From the NCBI GenBank assembly GCA_951406725.2, contig OX597815.1, positions 181,102,001-181,166,000 on the forward strand: 64,000 nt of DNA. Reading direction: 5' to 3'. How positions within the stretch are numbered: position 1 is the first letter of the stretch; every line of letters starts with the position of its first letter. Of the stretch, positions 12,774 through 25,037 are shown piece by piece. The position numbers were made by a program, and so were the translations under genes. Origin of the DNA: Octopus vulgaris (taxonomy: Eukaryota). The notes beneath the pieces were generated by a model. The model made no database searches and had not been told where the DNA came from. It was given only the letters and a program-made list of their open reading frames with translations.

Positions 12774-13120
12774 TGCTGAGTTGTCAAGCATTTAAACCAA
12801 ATTTTCTCAAAACAACTTGTCCGACCGTCCCATAGGCCTCTCCTTTGAGAAACACTGATTTAACCTAAATTTGAGACACCAGCAAAAGAAGAAATAAAGA
12901 TAGACTTTTTTCTATTCCAAAGAAAAGCGATTTTACAAATGCGCATACCCATAGCTTTATCGATCGCATTCTCACCTGGAATCGATTTTTGTAATTTTTT
13001 TCAAGACTGATATACGCCCTGATACCGTCGGTATCTACATATCAAATTTGAGTGCAATCGAATGGAGGATGCCCGAGATCCTAGAAGACTCACAGACACA
13101 CAGAACGGATTTTATATAAT
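12745..13120 (-). mobile_element. Non-autonomous Helitron-like element, family H2
   Basis: Reverse complement of 34887-35446, with an internal deletion. Ends ...GCGTTTTGCTCG|T. Confidence 0.65.
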
Positions 13121-13134
13121 ATATATATACACAT

Positions 13135-13535
13135 CATCATCATCATCGTACGTCCATTGTCCATGCTGACATGGTTTAGACGGTTTGACTAGAGCTAGCA
13201 AGCAGGGGAGCTGCACCAGACTCCAGTCTGATTTGACATGGTTTCTACGGCTTGATGCCCTTCCTAACGCCGACCACTTTATAGACTGTGTGGGGTGGTT
13301 TTATGTGGCACCGCACGGACGCTTTTACGTAGCACCGCGCGGGCGCTTTCACATGGCGCCGCCACGAGTGCTTAATATTACCTGATGGATCGGTCTTAAC
13401 ACTTCAGTTGCGGAGTACGAGTCTTCTTGAGTACGGAAAGGCACCACGTCCTCTTGCTCCTTTGTCATCTCACCTGAAAGGTCCAGGGTCCTGAGGTCGT
13501 TCTTCAGTATTACGTCTCGTGTCTTCCTGAGTCTC
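13135..13535 (-). mobile_element. RTE-type LINE 3' end (or RTE-tailed SINE) with (GAT)n tail
   Basis: RTRLRKTRDVILKNDLRTLDLSGEMTK resembles the RTE C-terminus RGRPRKTW..V..D. (CAT)n at the left end. Related to 54975-55243. Confidence 0.65.
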
Positions 13536-14636
13536 GTGCGTGTGTGTGTATGTGTGTGTTTGTACCCAACCACCGCTTGACAACTGGTGTTGCTGTTTAC
13601 GTCCCCTTAACTTAGTGGTTTAGAACCTCGTCTACTAATGTTTACTCTCATTTCCTCACAACCGTTACGCACAAACCCTGTTTTCTGATTGGGGTCGATT
13701 TGCTCCACTAAAGGTGATGCTCCAGCATGGCCGCAGTCAAATGACTGAAACAAGTAAAAGAGTAAAAAGAGTACATACACGCGCGCGCGCGCACATACGA
13801 ACTCGCTTGGGTTGAAAATTTGAATTACAAATTTTTTGTTGTTGCTTCAATCCCGGCAATGGACTACTGTACAATCACTCATTAAAATGCATTTATGGCG
13901 GATGGGTGGGGGGAATTTTGAAAAACATCAATACATGTCAGAATAACAAAGAAACGTGGAAGGTACCAGGTGGTTTTGGAATGTGCTAGAAACAACAGCT
14001 AAATCACCCTTATATCACAAATTTTTACGTCTGAAAATTATTTTGAATTTAAAAACAAAAACAAATTGCAGATTTGGACTGTCTGTAGTTTAAAACTATG
14101 ATTTTAAAAATTCGAATAACAGTCGAAATTTTAAGATTTATGGAGGGACGGGGCTTATGAAAAAGTTTTAAAAGATTTCACTTTTTGAAAATGAAGGAAG
14201 TAGGATTGTAACGGTGATCGCCGATTCACCCCCTGTTGTTTTTTGTTCTGTTTTTAACCTTCAAGGTTTCTCCCATAGTTTTTACATGCGTAGTACATAG
14301 GCCTCACACTAAATACGACGCGACGTCCCTTGTTTGCAGAATGTCATTTTACATTTTTCCTGAATTCCCACTCCCCACATATTTTCCCCCGCAACAGTCG
14401 ATTTATAGCTATTCAAGAGAAACATTAACGACGTCGACCTCATGAGTTTTGAGGGACATACAAGAGACACTGCTACTAGTATTTCCTTCTGACCGAATCA
14501 GTAAAAAACATTTTCAGAGAGAAGTATTTGGGAGCTGCAAGTGAAAAGGACAAAATTTAAACAGTATGAAGACTACGAGAAAAAAAAACACAAAAAAAAC
14601 GTGTTTGATAACGAAACACATTTCAAGATAACACAG

Positions 14637-15020
14637 TTCTATATTTAAGAGATGAGGAATTATTTACATAATTTACATTATTTAAATTTTGACATATTTG
14701 TCCTCATCTTGGGGAAATTTCGAACCTGGGTTCTCATCCCTAAGGTTTTTTTATTTTCGATGTCATTATTAACCACTACGCCATATGCACACAGGCATAT
14801 GGCATAGTGGTTAAGAGCGCCGATTCCAGGCAGTGACCTGAATAATAATAATAATAATAATAATATTAAAAATAACATCGAAAAATACCTTAGGAATGAG
14901 ACTCCAGGTTCGAAATTTCCCCAAGACACCGGAAGAAGGCTGGAGGGTATATCAGCCGAAACGTCGTGTTAATAACAAACAAGATGAGGACAAATATCCG
15001 TCAAATGTAAATAATGTACA
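14637..15020. mobile_element. tRNA-head/hammerhead element, head-to-head fold-back pair (deleted minus copy plus plus copy)
   Basis: Inverted junction CCACTACGCCATATGC-ACACAG-GCATATGGCATAGTGG. Mutated hammerhead GACAC-CGGAAGA-AGGCTG..CAGCC-GAAACGTC-GTGTT at ~14925-14970. Confidence 0.8.
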
Positions 15021-15636
15021 TTTCAAGATATTGCAAATATTTCACAGATATTTGTTATAGCAACGCATGACATTGAATAGTGAAAAATTACTAATGTAAC
15101 ATTACACCGGTTAAAAACAAGTAAAAAATCTGATAGAATTTCCAGAAGTGTATGTTTTCATTTTCGCTTGTGCTGGTAGCATCACCAAATTTTTGGACGG
15201 AAATGAATGCAACAGCAACGGGTTTGGAAAATACGTCTCCTCCAATGTGCAGGAAACTTATAACTATATTCAAGAGATGTGAAACAAGTGTTTAGAACAC
15301 TAATGCAAACGCCCAAACAATTCGTAGAGTGTGCAATGACTTTTCAATAAACACAGAATATACACGAACTCAATGATGAAAATATTATGGTAATATATCC
15401 AATAAGGAAGGATATAAAAAATTACAATTAATTAGTATTAGAGAGTAGCATTAGAAAGTAGATTTTCTGTTGCAAAATAAGTAAACTGTAATGTGAGATA
15501 AAGAAACCGTAACGAGAAAAAAACAACAACAAAAACTCAGATTCAGAACATTGAACTTTATGAATGTACTATACCATGCATTAAGAACAAAATATCTATT
15601 CCATTGACGAGTCAACGATTAAATAAAATACATAAT

Positions 15637-16022
15637 CTTTTCTACTCTAGGCACAAGGCCCGAAATTTTTGGGGAAATGGGCCAGTTGATTACAGCGACC
15701 CTAGTACATAACTGGTACTTAATTTATCGACCTTGAAAGGATGAAAAGCAAAGTCGACCTAGGCGGAATTTGAATTCAGAACATAAAGACAGGCGAAGTA
15801 CTTATTTCTTTATTACCCACAAGGGGCTAAACACAGAGACGACAAACAAGGACAGACAAACGGATTAAGTCGATTACATCGACCCCAGTGCGTAACTGGT
15901 ACTTAATTTATCGACCCCGAAAGGATGAAAGACAAAGTCGGCCTCGGCGGAATTTGAACTCAGAAGGTAGCGGCAGACGAAATTCCGCTAAGAATTTCGC
16001 CCGATAAGTTAACGTTTCTGCC
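15637..16022 (-). mobile_element. SINE family A dimer
   Basis: Two bodies joined head-to-tail near 15800, with one head. Confidence 0.85.
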
Positions 16023-16199
16023 ATCTTGATAGAATACATAATCTAAGAAATGAAAGAGACCGGTACTTAGAAAAAGAAAAAGGGCCTCAATAAAACATTG
16101 TGCTAAGAAAAAACTGTATGCTGTCTCATACAATCTGCGTTTCGTAAAAACATCATAATCGAAAACAGTGGAACCAATTGAGATGGCGTGGTCATATTG

Positions 16200-16380
16200 T
16201 TTGATCAGAACTTATCTGCAGCTCTTGGTGATCCAAATCGGATGTGTAATCTATGTGGGTATCTTTTCAGAACATTGTCTGGTTTAAAAAGCCACATCAG
16301 ATGCCATGGCGGTGCTAAGGTATAGGTACGGAAGGTGGCCAAACTCTGCATAAGGAGTAGACAACCACCGTGTATGTATC
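16200..16380 (+). mobile_element. Retrotransposon 3' fragment encoding a C2H2 finger (RTE-like)
   Basis: CNLCGYLFRTLSGLKSHIRCH. Homologous to 61460-61630. Confidence 0.65.
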
Positions 16381-17078
16381 TGTCGACAAATCGAAAAGTG
16401 GAAACAGCAAAATAACAGAAGTTGAAAGGGTGTACACATGGAATGCATTAGGGTGGTGATCAGTATAAGATGGGAAAAGGCGTGGGTGTGTAGCGTTTCG
16501 AGCATGGCTATTCATGAGAGAGAGGGAAGACAGGAAAGGTTCGGAAAGAATGAAAAAAGTTCAAGAAAAGCAGGCGAGCTGGCAGAATCGTTAGCGAGTC
16601 GAAAAAAGTGCTTTGAGTTCTCAGTTCAAATCCTACCGGGGTCGACTTTACTTTTCATATTTTCGGTGTCAATTAAAATAAGTACCGATTGAAACATAAG
16701 GTCGCCGTAATCGACTTATACCCTCCTCCATAATGCTTAAGCTTGCACCAAAATTTGAAAGCAGTACATACATGCATACATCCAATCGCGCGTGCGCGCG
16801 CACACACACACACACACACATATATTCGGTGCGAATGGTTTTGCTATACGGTGCCAGGTTTTACAATCCTGTAAATAATAATAATGGTATTTTCATATAA
16901 GCTTATGGTAATCACCGTGCAATGACTAAGAAAAATAATCTAATAAAGGAACATATAAGCCCTCGACAGAAAATTAAAACCCCACCCCCATACAACCATA
17001 ATATTTGCATTTCGGAGTTTTGTTCTGATTTTTATCTTCCGTTTATTCTTTGTTTTGCCGATTCTATTCACGAATATC

Positions 17079-17140
<62 letters not shown>

Positions 17141-17699
17141 TAATATATATATATGTATGTATGTGTATACACACACACACACACACACAAGGATAAGCAT
17201 ATTAAAAGGGGTCCGTGGGAAAACTGATTTAAATAAAAGGGTTGGGAGCCGCGGTGAAAAGGCTGGGAACCACAGGCCTAGACAATCGTCACATGAATAG
17301 CATACAGCAACGCTGATACAACTAGGTAGCTAAATAATATATCCATGGGCAAAATGCAGAGACTTCTGTATTACATTGGATTATGAATGTAACTGGTATA
17401 AGCTTGCATTGAACCTATTATGACAACTTGGCTATCATACTCTGTGCTCTGCTTATCGAAATTGATATAGCAGGGGTGCAAAAGATTATCCACATGCTTG
17501 AATACACTTCGATGCCTTCCAGCACAAACGTTACACTGAGAGAAATTAAAAACGAATAAGCGCATGGTGTGGAGAATGAGAGTTAAGAAAGAGGCGCTCG
17601 TAACAAATGGTTCACGGGGACGGTAAAAAATAGGGAAAAAACAACAACATAATAACAGTAAGGCAGAAACTGAAAGAAGCCCATCGTTAATTACATATA

Positions 17700-18031
17700 T
17701 ATATATAATCGAGCAAATCGACCCCAGGACTTATTCTTTGTAAGCCTAGTACTTATTCTATCGGCCACTTTTGCCGAACCGCTAAGTGACGGGGACATAA
17801 ACACACCAGCATCGGTTGTCAAGCGATGTTGAGGGGACAAACAGACACACAAACACACACACATATATATACATATATACGACGGGCTTCTTTCAGTTCC
17901 TGTCTACCAAATCCACTCACAAGGCTTTGGTCGGCCCGAGGCTATAGTAGAAGACACTTGCCCAAGGTGCCATGCAGTGAAACTGAACCCGGAACCATGT
18001 GGTTGGTAAGCAAGCTACTTACCACACAGCC
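17700..18031 (-). mobile_element. SINE family B
   Basis: Reverse complement of the family B head and body. Confidence 0.85.
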
Positions 18032-18499
18032 ATCGAAGTCGAATATTTAAGCATTGACAACAGGATTTGATTGGTACCTTATATTATCGACCCTGAATTG
18101 TTAGCAAAGTTCGCCTGTACAGGATCTTATCCCAGACTGGTAAAGAGCTTGAAGAAATAGTGAAGGGCATTTTGCCCAACACTCAAACGATCCTACTACT
18201 CAACCGCCCTCAATAATAGGCACAAGGCCTAAAGTTTGTGGGGAGGAGACTAGTCGCTTACATTGACCCTAGTGTCCAACTGGTACGTATTTTCTCGACC
18301 CCGAAAGGATGAAAAGCAAAGTCGACCCCCCCCCCCGGGTGGCATTTGAACTCAGAACATAAAAACGGACGAAATGTCGCTAAGCCCGGCGTGCTAACAA
18401 TTCTGCCAGCTCACCGCCTTAACACTGACAACAGCAACATAATAATAATGTTAATAAAAACTGGTGGGAACACAAACCACCTTCAGTGCTTGAAAATGA

Positions 18500-19065
18500 T
18501 CACATCTCACTCCCCTGAAGCTTCCCCGTTCAAACTGACAGAAAGATAGATGCGAATAGGCCAGACACCATATTGAAAGACGTCAGACAAAAATCATGCC
18601 GCCTCATTGATATAACTGTCCCAATCCACATAAATGTATCTGTCAAGACCTACAAAAAAACTAAGCAAGTATGAAGATCTTGAAATAGAAATTGACAAGA
18701 TGTGGAACCCCAAGGCTAAAATAATACCTGCTGTCATAGGTACCCTTGGAATGATAGCAAAACGGGCTGATTCCTATCTAGCTCAGATACCAGGGAACCC
18801 TAAAATGGCAGAAATTCAAATGATAGTACTCATGGGAACTGCCCATATCCTACGTAAAACAATGTTTGTGTAATCTCAAATTTTAAAATAAACTCATAAT
18901 TTTCTTTATGTTTTCTTAAACATTCTCTAGAACAATACTATGTGCAAAACCAAATATATGACAGCCTAGGCATAACACCAACTTGAACTTCTAGCTTGTT
19001 GTCTCTCGAGGTCTCTGAGTGAGACTTGGAGTCAGCTTATACAAATACAAAGCAAAAGTCAAACA
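18500..19065 (+). mobile_element. 5'-truncated R4/Dong-type non-LTR retrotransposon (restriction-like endonuclease C-terminus plus 3' UTR)
   Basis: RPD..LKD..QKSC.LIDITVP..KKLSKYEDLEIEIDKMW...PAVIGTLG...VLMGTAHILRK, frameshifted. Immediately followed by (TAA)n at 19066-19110. Confidence 0.85.
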
Positions 19066-19110
<45 letters not shown>

Positions 19111-19435
19111 CAGTGGTTTTAAATATGGAGTTGAAACAAATACTGTAAAGTATTTTGTCCAACACACACACACTAGTACTGAAAAAATAAACTTGGAGAC
19201 AGCCGTGGAAACTGACATAGAACCCCAAAACTAGAGAAACACCCTTAAGTAGGAAGAGCTGATGCTAGTAAAATGCAACACCCACTGCACTGAAAGACAA
19301 TTATTACATATATGTATTGTAAAACAACCAACCTAATATGAAAATGAAATGAACGCACTCTTAAAAATAAGTTGGTTGATATTAATATACTATCCGTTTC
19401 AGTTGAAAACTATAGGTTTTGTGTAATAAACATAA

Positions 19436-19605
19436 AAAGGCATCACTTCGCAAGGGTTCCAGCACTGCTTCCAACAGTAGGAAACGCGTCTCGACCGATG
19501 CTTCAAATGGAGAATACTTTGAAGGCGATAAAAATGTAAGCATATAAAACTAAATGAATGAAATAATAATGCAAAATTCCAGTTTCTTTTCGGTGCCTCT
19601 TTTTG
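19436..19605 (+). mobile_element. mariner transposase C-terminal remnant with right end
   Basis: FQHCFQQ*ETRLDRC..SNGEYFEGDK, matching the mariner consensus F..CF..W..RW.KC....GEYFEGD. Confidence 0.7.
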
Positions 19606-20179
19606 TGTGCGTGTGTATATATATATCAAAAGGATGTGTTATAGCACTATTCCACATATACAAAAAGAGCCATACCAACAATCCAACATACCGCCATCAT
19701 CAGCTGCCCCACGAATATCATTATGGTTTCGACACCTGGGCAGTACCATTGAATGTGGTGGTGTCAGCAGCACTAAAATAAGTGTTGTTTGGGAACAAAT
19801 ATACTAAAAAACAAAACACACAGCTTTCAAACACATTTATGCTATGTACAACAGTATTCAATCTAAATAAAGGTAGGATTACTAACTTTAAAAAATTAAA
19901 CTACAACAAGAAGCACAACTCTATGTACATTTGTATCAGTATTAATAGTAAACCTACAATGACTAAATAGTGACCAATTTTAAAGTCCATACAAATAATA
20001 ATGCCACCGGTCTTCCTACTATAATAACAGAAAGTGAAAGCTTTATATTCAATTCTCTCCAAAACAAAATACGATTGAATCTAATTTAACGAATGAGTGA
20101 AATGCATTATTTCCTAATTCAAAAGTTGATAATAAAAAACACTACATACTCTTAATATATATCAACCTTACAAGCTATA

Positions 20180-20515
20180 GTGAAGGTGCATGGCTCAGTG
20201 GTTAGAGCGTCGAGCTTACGATCGTGAGGTTGTGAGCTCGAATCCCGGACCGGGCTGCGTGTTGTGTTCTTGAACAAGGCACTTTATTTCAAGTTGCTCC
20301 AGTTCACTCAGCTGTAGAAATGAGTTGCGACGTCACTGGTGCCAAGCTGTATCGACCTTTGTCTTTCCCTTGGATAACACTGGTGGGGAGGGGAGGCTGG
20401 TATGCATGGGCGACTGCTGGTCTTCCATAAACAACCTTGCCTGGACTTGTGTCTAGGAGGGTAACTTTCTAGGTGCAATCCCATGGTCATTCATGACCGA
20501 AGGGGGTCTTTACCC
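20180..20515 (+). mobile_element. SINE family D (head GTGAAGGTGCATGGCTCAGTGG)
   Basis: tRNA-like A/B boxes and TSD CCTTACAAGCTATA on both sides. Homologue at 29046-29400. Confidence 0.9.
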
Positions 20516-21529
20516 TTACAAGCTATAATGTAATACTTACCAGTAATTAATAAAAACAATAAATTTATAAATAGGAACTAATAAAAGTATACTTGTAATT
20601 AACAATTATTATAAAACTTTGCTACGATTAAAGCCAAATTAAAACTGTTTAAAATAAATCAAAATTACAAAGTATTAACACTTACATGTTTTTCTAAACC
20701 ACATGGTTCATCACTTCTAGAACTCAAAAGATTATCTTAACTATAGATGACGTAGTACGCAATTACTATTTGGTCAATTGTCTCAAACAATATTGGTGAC
20801 GTAGTAAGCAAATAATTTAAATCATTAATATTCTAAATCTTTAAAAATATTTGCAAAGTTGAAGACTAGATACTACCCCTTATGTATTTAAAATTTTAAG
20901 TCTCCTACCTAAACAGCGATGAAAGGTTTTAATCAATTTTAACTGTTATTTTATTCTATGCAAAATTTTTTTAGTATTATTAATAATAATACTATACCTG
21001 ACTGTTTACCCTCCAAAAACACCATAATCAATAAAAGAAGAAATTCTACAACTGAACCATGGCATTGAAGCCACTTGGAAACCAAAATCTGTTATAAACG
21101 TCAGTCCATATTTCATTAATATCCTTAATTACTAAATTGAAATCTAAATAATTAATATTCTTTATGTTGTTTCCATTTCTCGTGGCTATAAGCTCACTAG
21201 GGTATATTCTTCTGAGTAAAACTTCAAAGAAACAATTATTAGGTATAAATGTATCAGCTATGTATCTGCAGTATCCATTAAGTTGTTTAAGTGAACCAAT
21301 CTTTTTCCTTGCACATAGGTCTTTAAGTAAAAGGAACTCGCAAGATGAAAGATAAAGGTCCGCCACAAGAGAGCTACAATTACCACCCATTGGAATTCCC
21401 CATAATTGCCCAAACACACTACCCGCAAACACTATAAACGAATTATTGATAATAAAACTAATCATCATTATTTACATTTTGTACATTATTTACATTTGGC
21501 GGATATTTGTCCTCATCTTGTTTGTTGTT

Positions 21530-21575
21530 AACACAACGTTTCGGCTGATATACCCTCCAGCCTTCATCAGGTGTC
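21530..21575 (-). ncRNA. Minimal type I hammerhead ribozyme motif (intact core)
   Basis: GACAC-CUGAUGA-A-GGCUG(gaggguauau)CAGCC-GAAA-CGUU-GUGUU: canonical core, 5-bp stem II, palindromic AACGUU in place of stem III, and stem I GACAC/GUGUU. Confidence 0.75.
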
Positions 21576-21664
21576 TTGGAGAAATATGCCCACGGGCATA
21601 TGGCGTAGTGGTTAAGAGCGCGGGCTACTAACCCCAAGATTCTGAGTTCGATTCCAGGCAGTGA

Positions 21665-21708
<44 letters not shown>

Positions 21709-21755
21709 TCGAAAAATACCTTAGGAATGAGAACCCAGATTCGAAATTTCCCCAA

Positions 21756-21801
21756 GACACCTGATGAAGGCTGGAGGGTATATCAGCCGAAACTTTGTGT
21801 T
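21756..21801 (+). ncRNA. Hammerhead ribozyme motif (GAAACUUU variant)
   Basis: GACAC-CTGATGA-AGGCTG..CAGCC-GAAA-CTTT-GTGTT. Confidence 0.65.
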
Positions 21802-22127
21802 AACAACAAACAAGATGAGGACAAATATCCGTCAAATGTAAATAATGTACATAATTCCTCATCTCTTAAATATAAAACTAATTATTTCTTTCACTTTCCT
21901 TTTACTTACATTAGTATATCCCATATAACAACAATTAGACAAGAAACCTTTACCATTCTTTAAAGATATACATTTATATCCTTTATTAAATATACACTTA
22001 TACATATATTCCTTTACTTGTTTTGGTCGTTTGGCTGCGGCCATGCTGGACAGCACCAGTGGGGCAACGAAAAATGTATAAAGAAATCCAAAAGTCGAAA
22101 ACATTCATTACAATATTTGAGCCTAAC

Positions 22128-22336
22128 AAGGTGACGAGCTGGCAGAAACGTTAGCACGCCGGACGCAATGCTTAGCGGTATATCATCTGTCTTTATGTTC
22201 TGGGTTCAAATTCCGCCGAGGTCGACTTTGCCTTTCATCCTTTCGGGGTCGATAAATTAAGTATCAGTTGCGTTATGGGGGTCGATCTAATCGACAGGCT
22301 TCTCCCACAAAATTTCGGGCCTTGTGCCTAGAGTAA
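22128..22336 (+). mobile_element. SINE family A
   Basis: Family A head and core. Confidence 0.85.
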
Positions 22337-22445
22337 AAAAAGAATATTTGAGCCCAACATTTAAGTTTTAAGAGTTGCTCGGAAATCGATATCCGACGAG
22401 ACATTGCAAGCTGAAAATAGCTTTTTTCTACTTGTCTCTCACTTA

Positions 22446-22477
<32 letters not shown>

Positions 22478-24199
22478 AAAAAAAAATAAATAAAAATGTT
22501 TAACAATGATATGGAGAGTCCCTTCAGAATGATGACATTGTTGGGTCTAACGTATCAAGTTTATATTCGTTTAAACACTACCAATAAATATTATATGTTT
22601 AGTAGAGACGAACAATAACTTGTTGTGGCGAGAGAAAGTGAAATATATTGCTTATCGTGTACATTTATTTAATTCTTCGGCCTAATTCGGTCAAGAGAAC
22701 AAACTATTCTTGTAATTCTTCTTGTCAAATATCAACACAAAATAATCTAACACTTCTAACGAAAGACAGAAACACACACACAAAAGCTGCCGAAATACTT
22801 TCCTACCAAATACGTGCAAAGTTATATTTATAATTGCAGAAATCAGGAAATATACTTTTCCTGAAAATTAGATATTTACGTGTTTCTATATTGCAACAGA
22901 AATATTCCGAATTCAAAATTTTAAAGATTTTCGTTAGAACAGCCATTTTTCAACGATTTCTATGTGTATTATGGATTTCTTTAAGATTAGTATCACAAGC
23001 TTAAGGATTACTAAATTTTGATATTACTATATCTTTAACTAGTTGGCAATTTGAATAGCCGCCCAAACTCTACGAACACTACCATTATTATGAAACATAC
23101 CGATCCCAATAACAACAGCATTGTATCTACACTACAACCATTTCCTTTATAAGTCACTACTAACACGAGCACGCCTAAGAGCTTTAAAGACAACGTCAGT
23201 CTTAGCACCACTCCACCACTACCACCTCTGCTACGACCACAGCTTACAAGAAGAGCACAAAACGAACCACACCAACAACTACCAGTACCCAAACACTTAA
23301 TCAAAACAAATGTCGATGCTATAAAACTTCTGATTTAATCTCTATTTTTCAGAAAATGTCTTATTCCGGTTTTTTTAAGCACCATTCGAGATAAGATTTA
23401 GGACATTTCAAAACCTTATTTTAAAATAGGCATTTTATTCCTGTCTGGCAATCCGCAAATAGGTTACCAACCAACGCAATTCTGGAGGTTTTGGAATCAC
23501 CGCAAGATGATAAAATAGAAGAAGAAAAATAACGAAAGAATGGGGAGAAGGAAAACAAATGCTCCAAACTTTATTATAAATAACACTTGTATAAATAGTA
23601 GAAAGCTACATGACTGGAAAAAAAAGTGCGTTACAATTTTAGCTTCACTTCGAAACAACTACATCCAACAACATGTAACAAAAACAGTTTTTTTATTTTA
23701 TTTTTATGGGGAGTTGCATAAGGGAAGAAAGCAGTTTTTTGTATGTCGAAACTCGAAGCAGTTTCAAATCTTGTTTGAAGTCATTTTATGTCATTTATGC
23801 TGTTAACACTTTTGGGAAACTATAACAAAATAAACAATCCATTTCTTCTTTTAAAATTTATCTCTATTGGATTTCTATAGAATTTAGAGCCAGCACTGAA
23901 AGTTACTAAGTTCCATATACGAATACCTCTTTGTAAACAATGCGATCGAAGATAGAAAAATAGGCAATGGGTGTATATGCTAACACGAAAAGGGACATAG
24001 TATTGACATATAAGCCTTCAATATATTTGGTAGTATATAGTGGTTGCAGAGCGAAATACGGTGTACCTACTGCTTTCCAACCACATGGTTATAGGTTCAG
24101 TCCCACTGCGTGACACCTTGAGCAAGTGTCTTCTACTATAGCTTCAGGCGTCTAAAGTGGATTTGGTAGACAGAAAGTGAAAGAAGCTCGTAGTATATA

Positions 24200-25037
24200 C
24201 AGGGGTTGGACAAAATAATTGGAACAGAAGAAATCTAACTCCAAATTTCAATGAGTAATATTACGAATGCCCACCAAAATTTCATAGTGAGAGATTTTTT
24301 TTTTGTATTGTAGATTGTTTTATTTATCTAATTTGATGATTATTTCTATCTCTTTTTCAGATCGTAGCACAAATTAAGATGCGTGACCTCAATGAGTTCG
24401 AAAACGGGCAAAATCTCCAGCAGGAGGAGTAAGCCTAGCAGGACTTCGAAGCCCACTGAAAGGGACAGACAAGTGTTGAATCGCTTTGTGATGAAAGATC
24501 ATCAGCGGACAACTGCCCCTAAAGTGACAGCAGAGTTGAATCAACATCTAACTAGCCCAATTTCAACCAAAACTGTTCGCCGTGAACTCAATACAGCCGG
24601 ATATCATGGAAGAGCCGCCACCAGGATACCTCTGCTTTCTCATCAAAACATTCAGAAAAGGCTAAACTAGCGTACTGATCACAAGGTCTGATCGACAGAC
24701 CAATGGAAGCATATAATATTCTCCGGCGAGTCCGTTTTTTTCTCTTTTCTCCACTGCAGGGCATGTTTATGTTTGGAGACAACCCGGGGAAGCTTTTCTG
24801 ACTGCCTTCTTCCTAGAGTGAAGCATGAAGGAGGGTCTGTGATAGTTTGGGCAGCATTTGTGATGGTTTGCTGCATGGTAAGATCAACAGCAATGATTAT
24901 CTGAATATTTTGAGAAATGAGGTCCTTCCCCTGGTCCAGATATTATTCCCTGATGGTGAGTGCAGCTTCCAAGATGACAATGGTCCAATACACACCTCTG
25001 ATGTGGTTACGAATTGGTACGAAGAGCAGAGTAGTGA
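24200..25037 (+). mobile_element. Decayed Tc1 DNA transposon (left TIR plus transposase), truncated by the LINE at 25038
   Basis: TA|CAGGGGTTGGACAAAATAA left end. TVRREL..AG..GR..PLL, IIFSGES, VKHEGGSVIVWAAF and FQDDNGPIHTS motifs, with frameshifts. Confidence 0.9.

Larger units (their letters stand above)
21463..21871. mobile_element. tRNA-head/hammerhead element, fold-back insertion with 11-bp TSD
   Basis: Inverted 3' part (21468-21583) plus a full plus copy (~21594-21871). TSD ATAAAACTAAT at 21452-21462 and 21872-21882. Confidence 0.85.
20960..22010 (-). pseudogene. Decayed Penelope-like element reverse transcriptase (Naiad-type), split by an insertion at 21463-21871
   Basis: KVKEIISFI|INNSFIVFAGSVFGQLWGIPMGGNCSSLVADLYL...YCRYIADTF..NN..F...IYPSEL...YLD fits the PLE RT motifs GIPMGxNC.P..ADL, RYIDD, IYPxEL and YLD. 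The reading frame rejoins across the insertion. Confidence 0.85.

Noticed and set aside
21594-21666. tRNA gene
   Set aside because: A/B boxes are present but no convincing acceptor stem or 7-nt anticodon loop, and the head is always fused to the same repeat body. The same applies to SINE A-D heads.
23035-23304. Thr/Pro-rich coding segment
   Set aside because: Low-complexity (ACC/ACT)-rich DNA, a stop in the plus frame, and no domain similarity on either strand.
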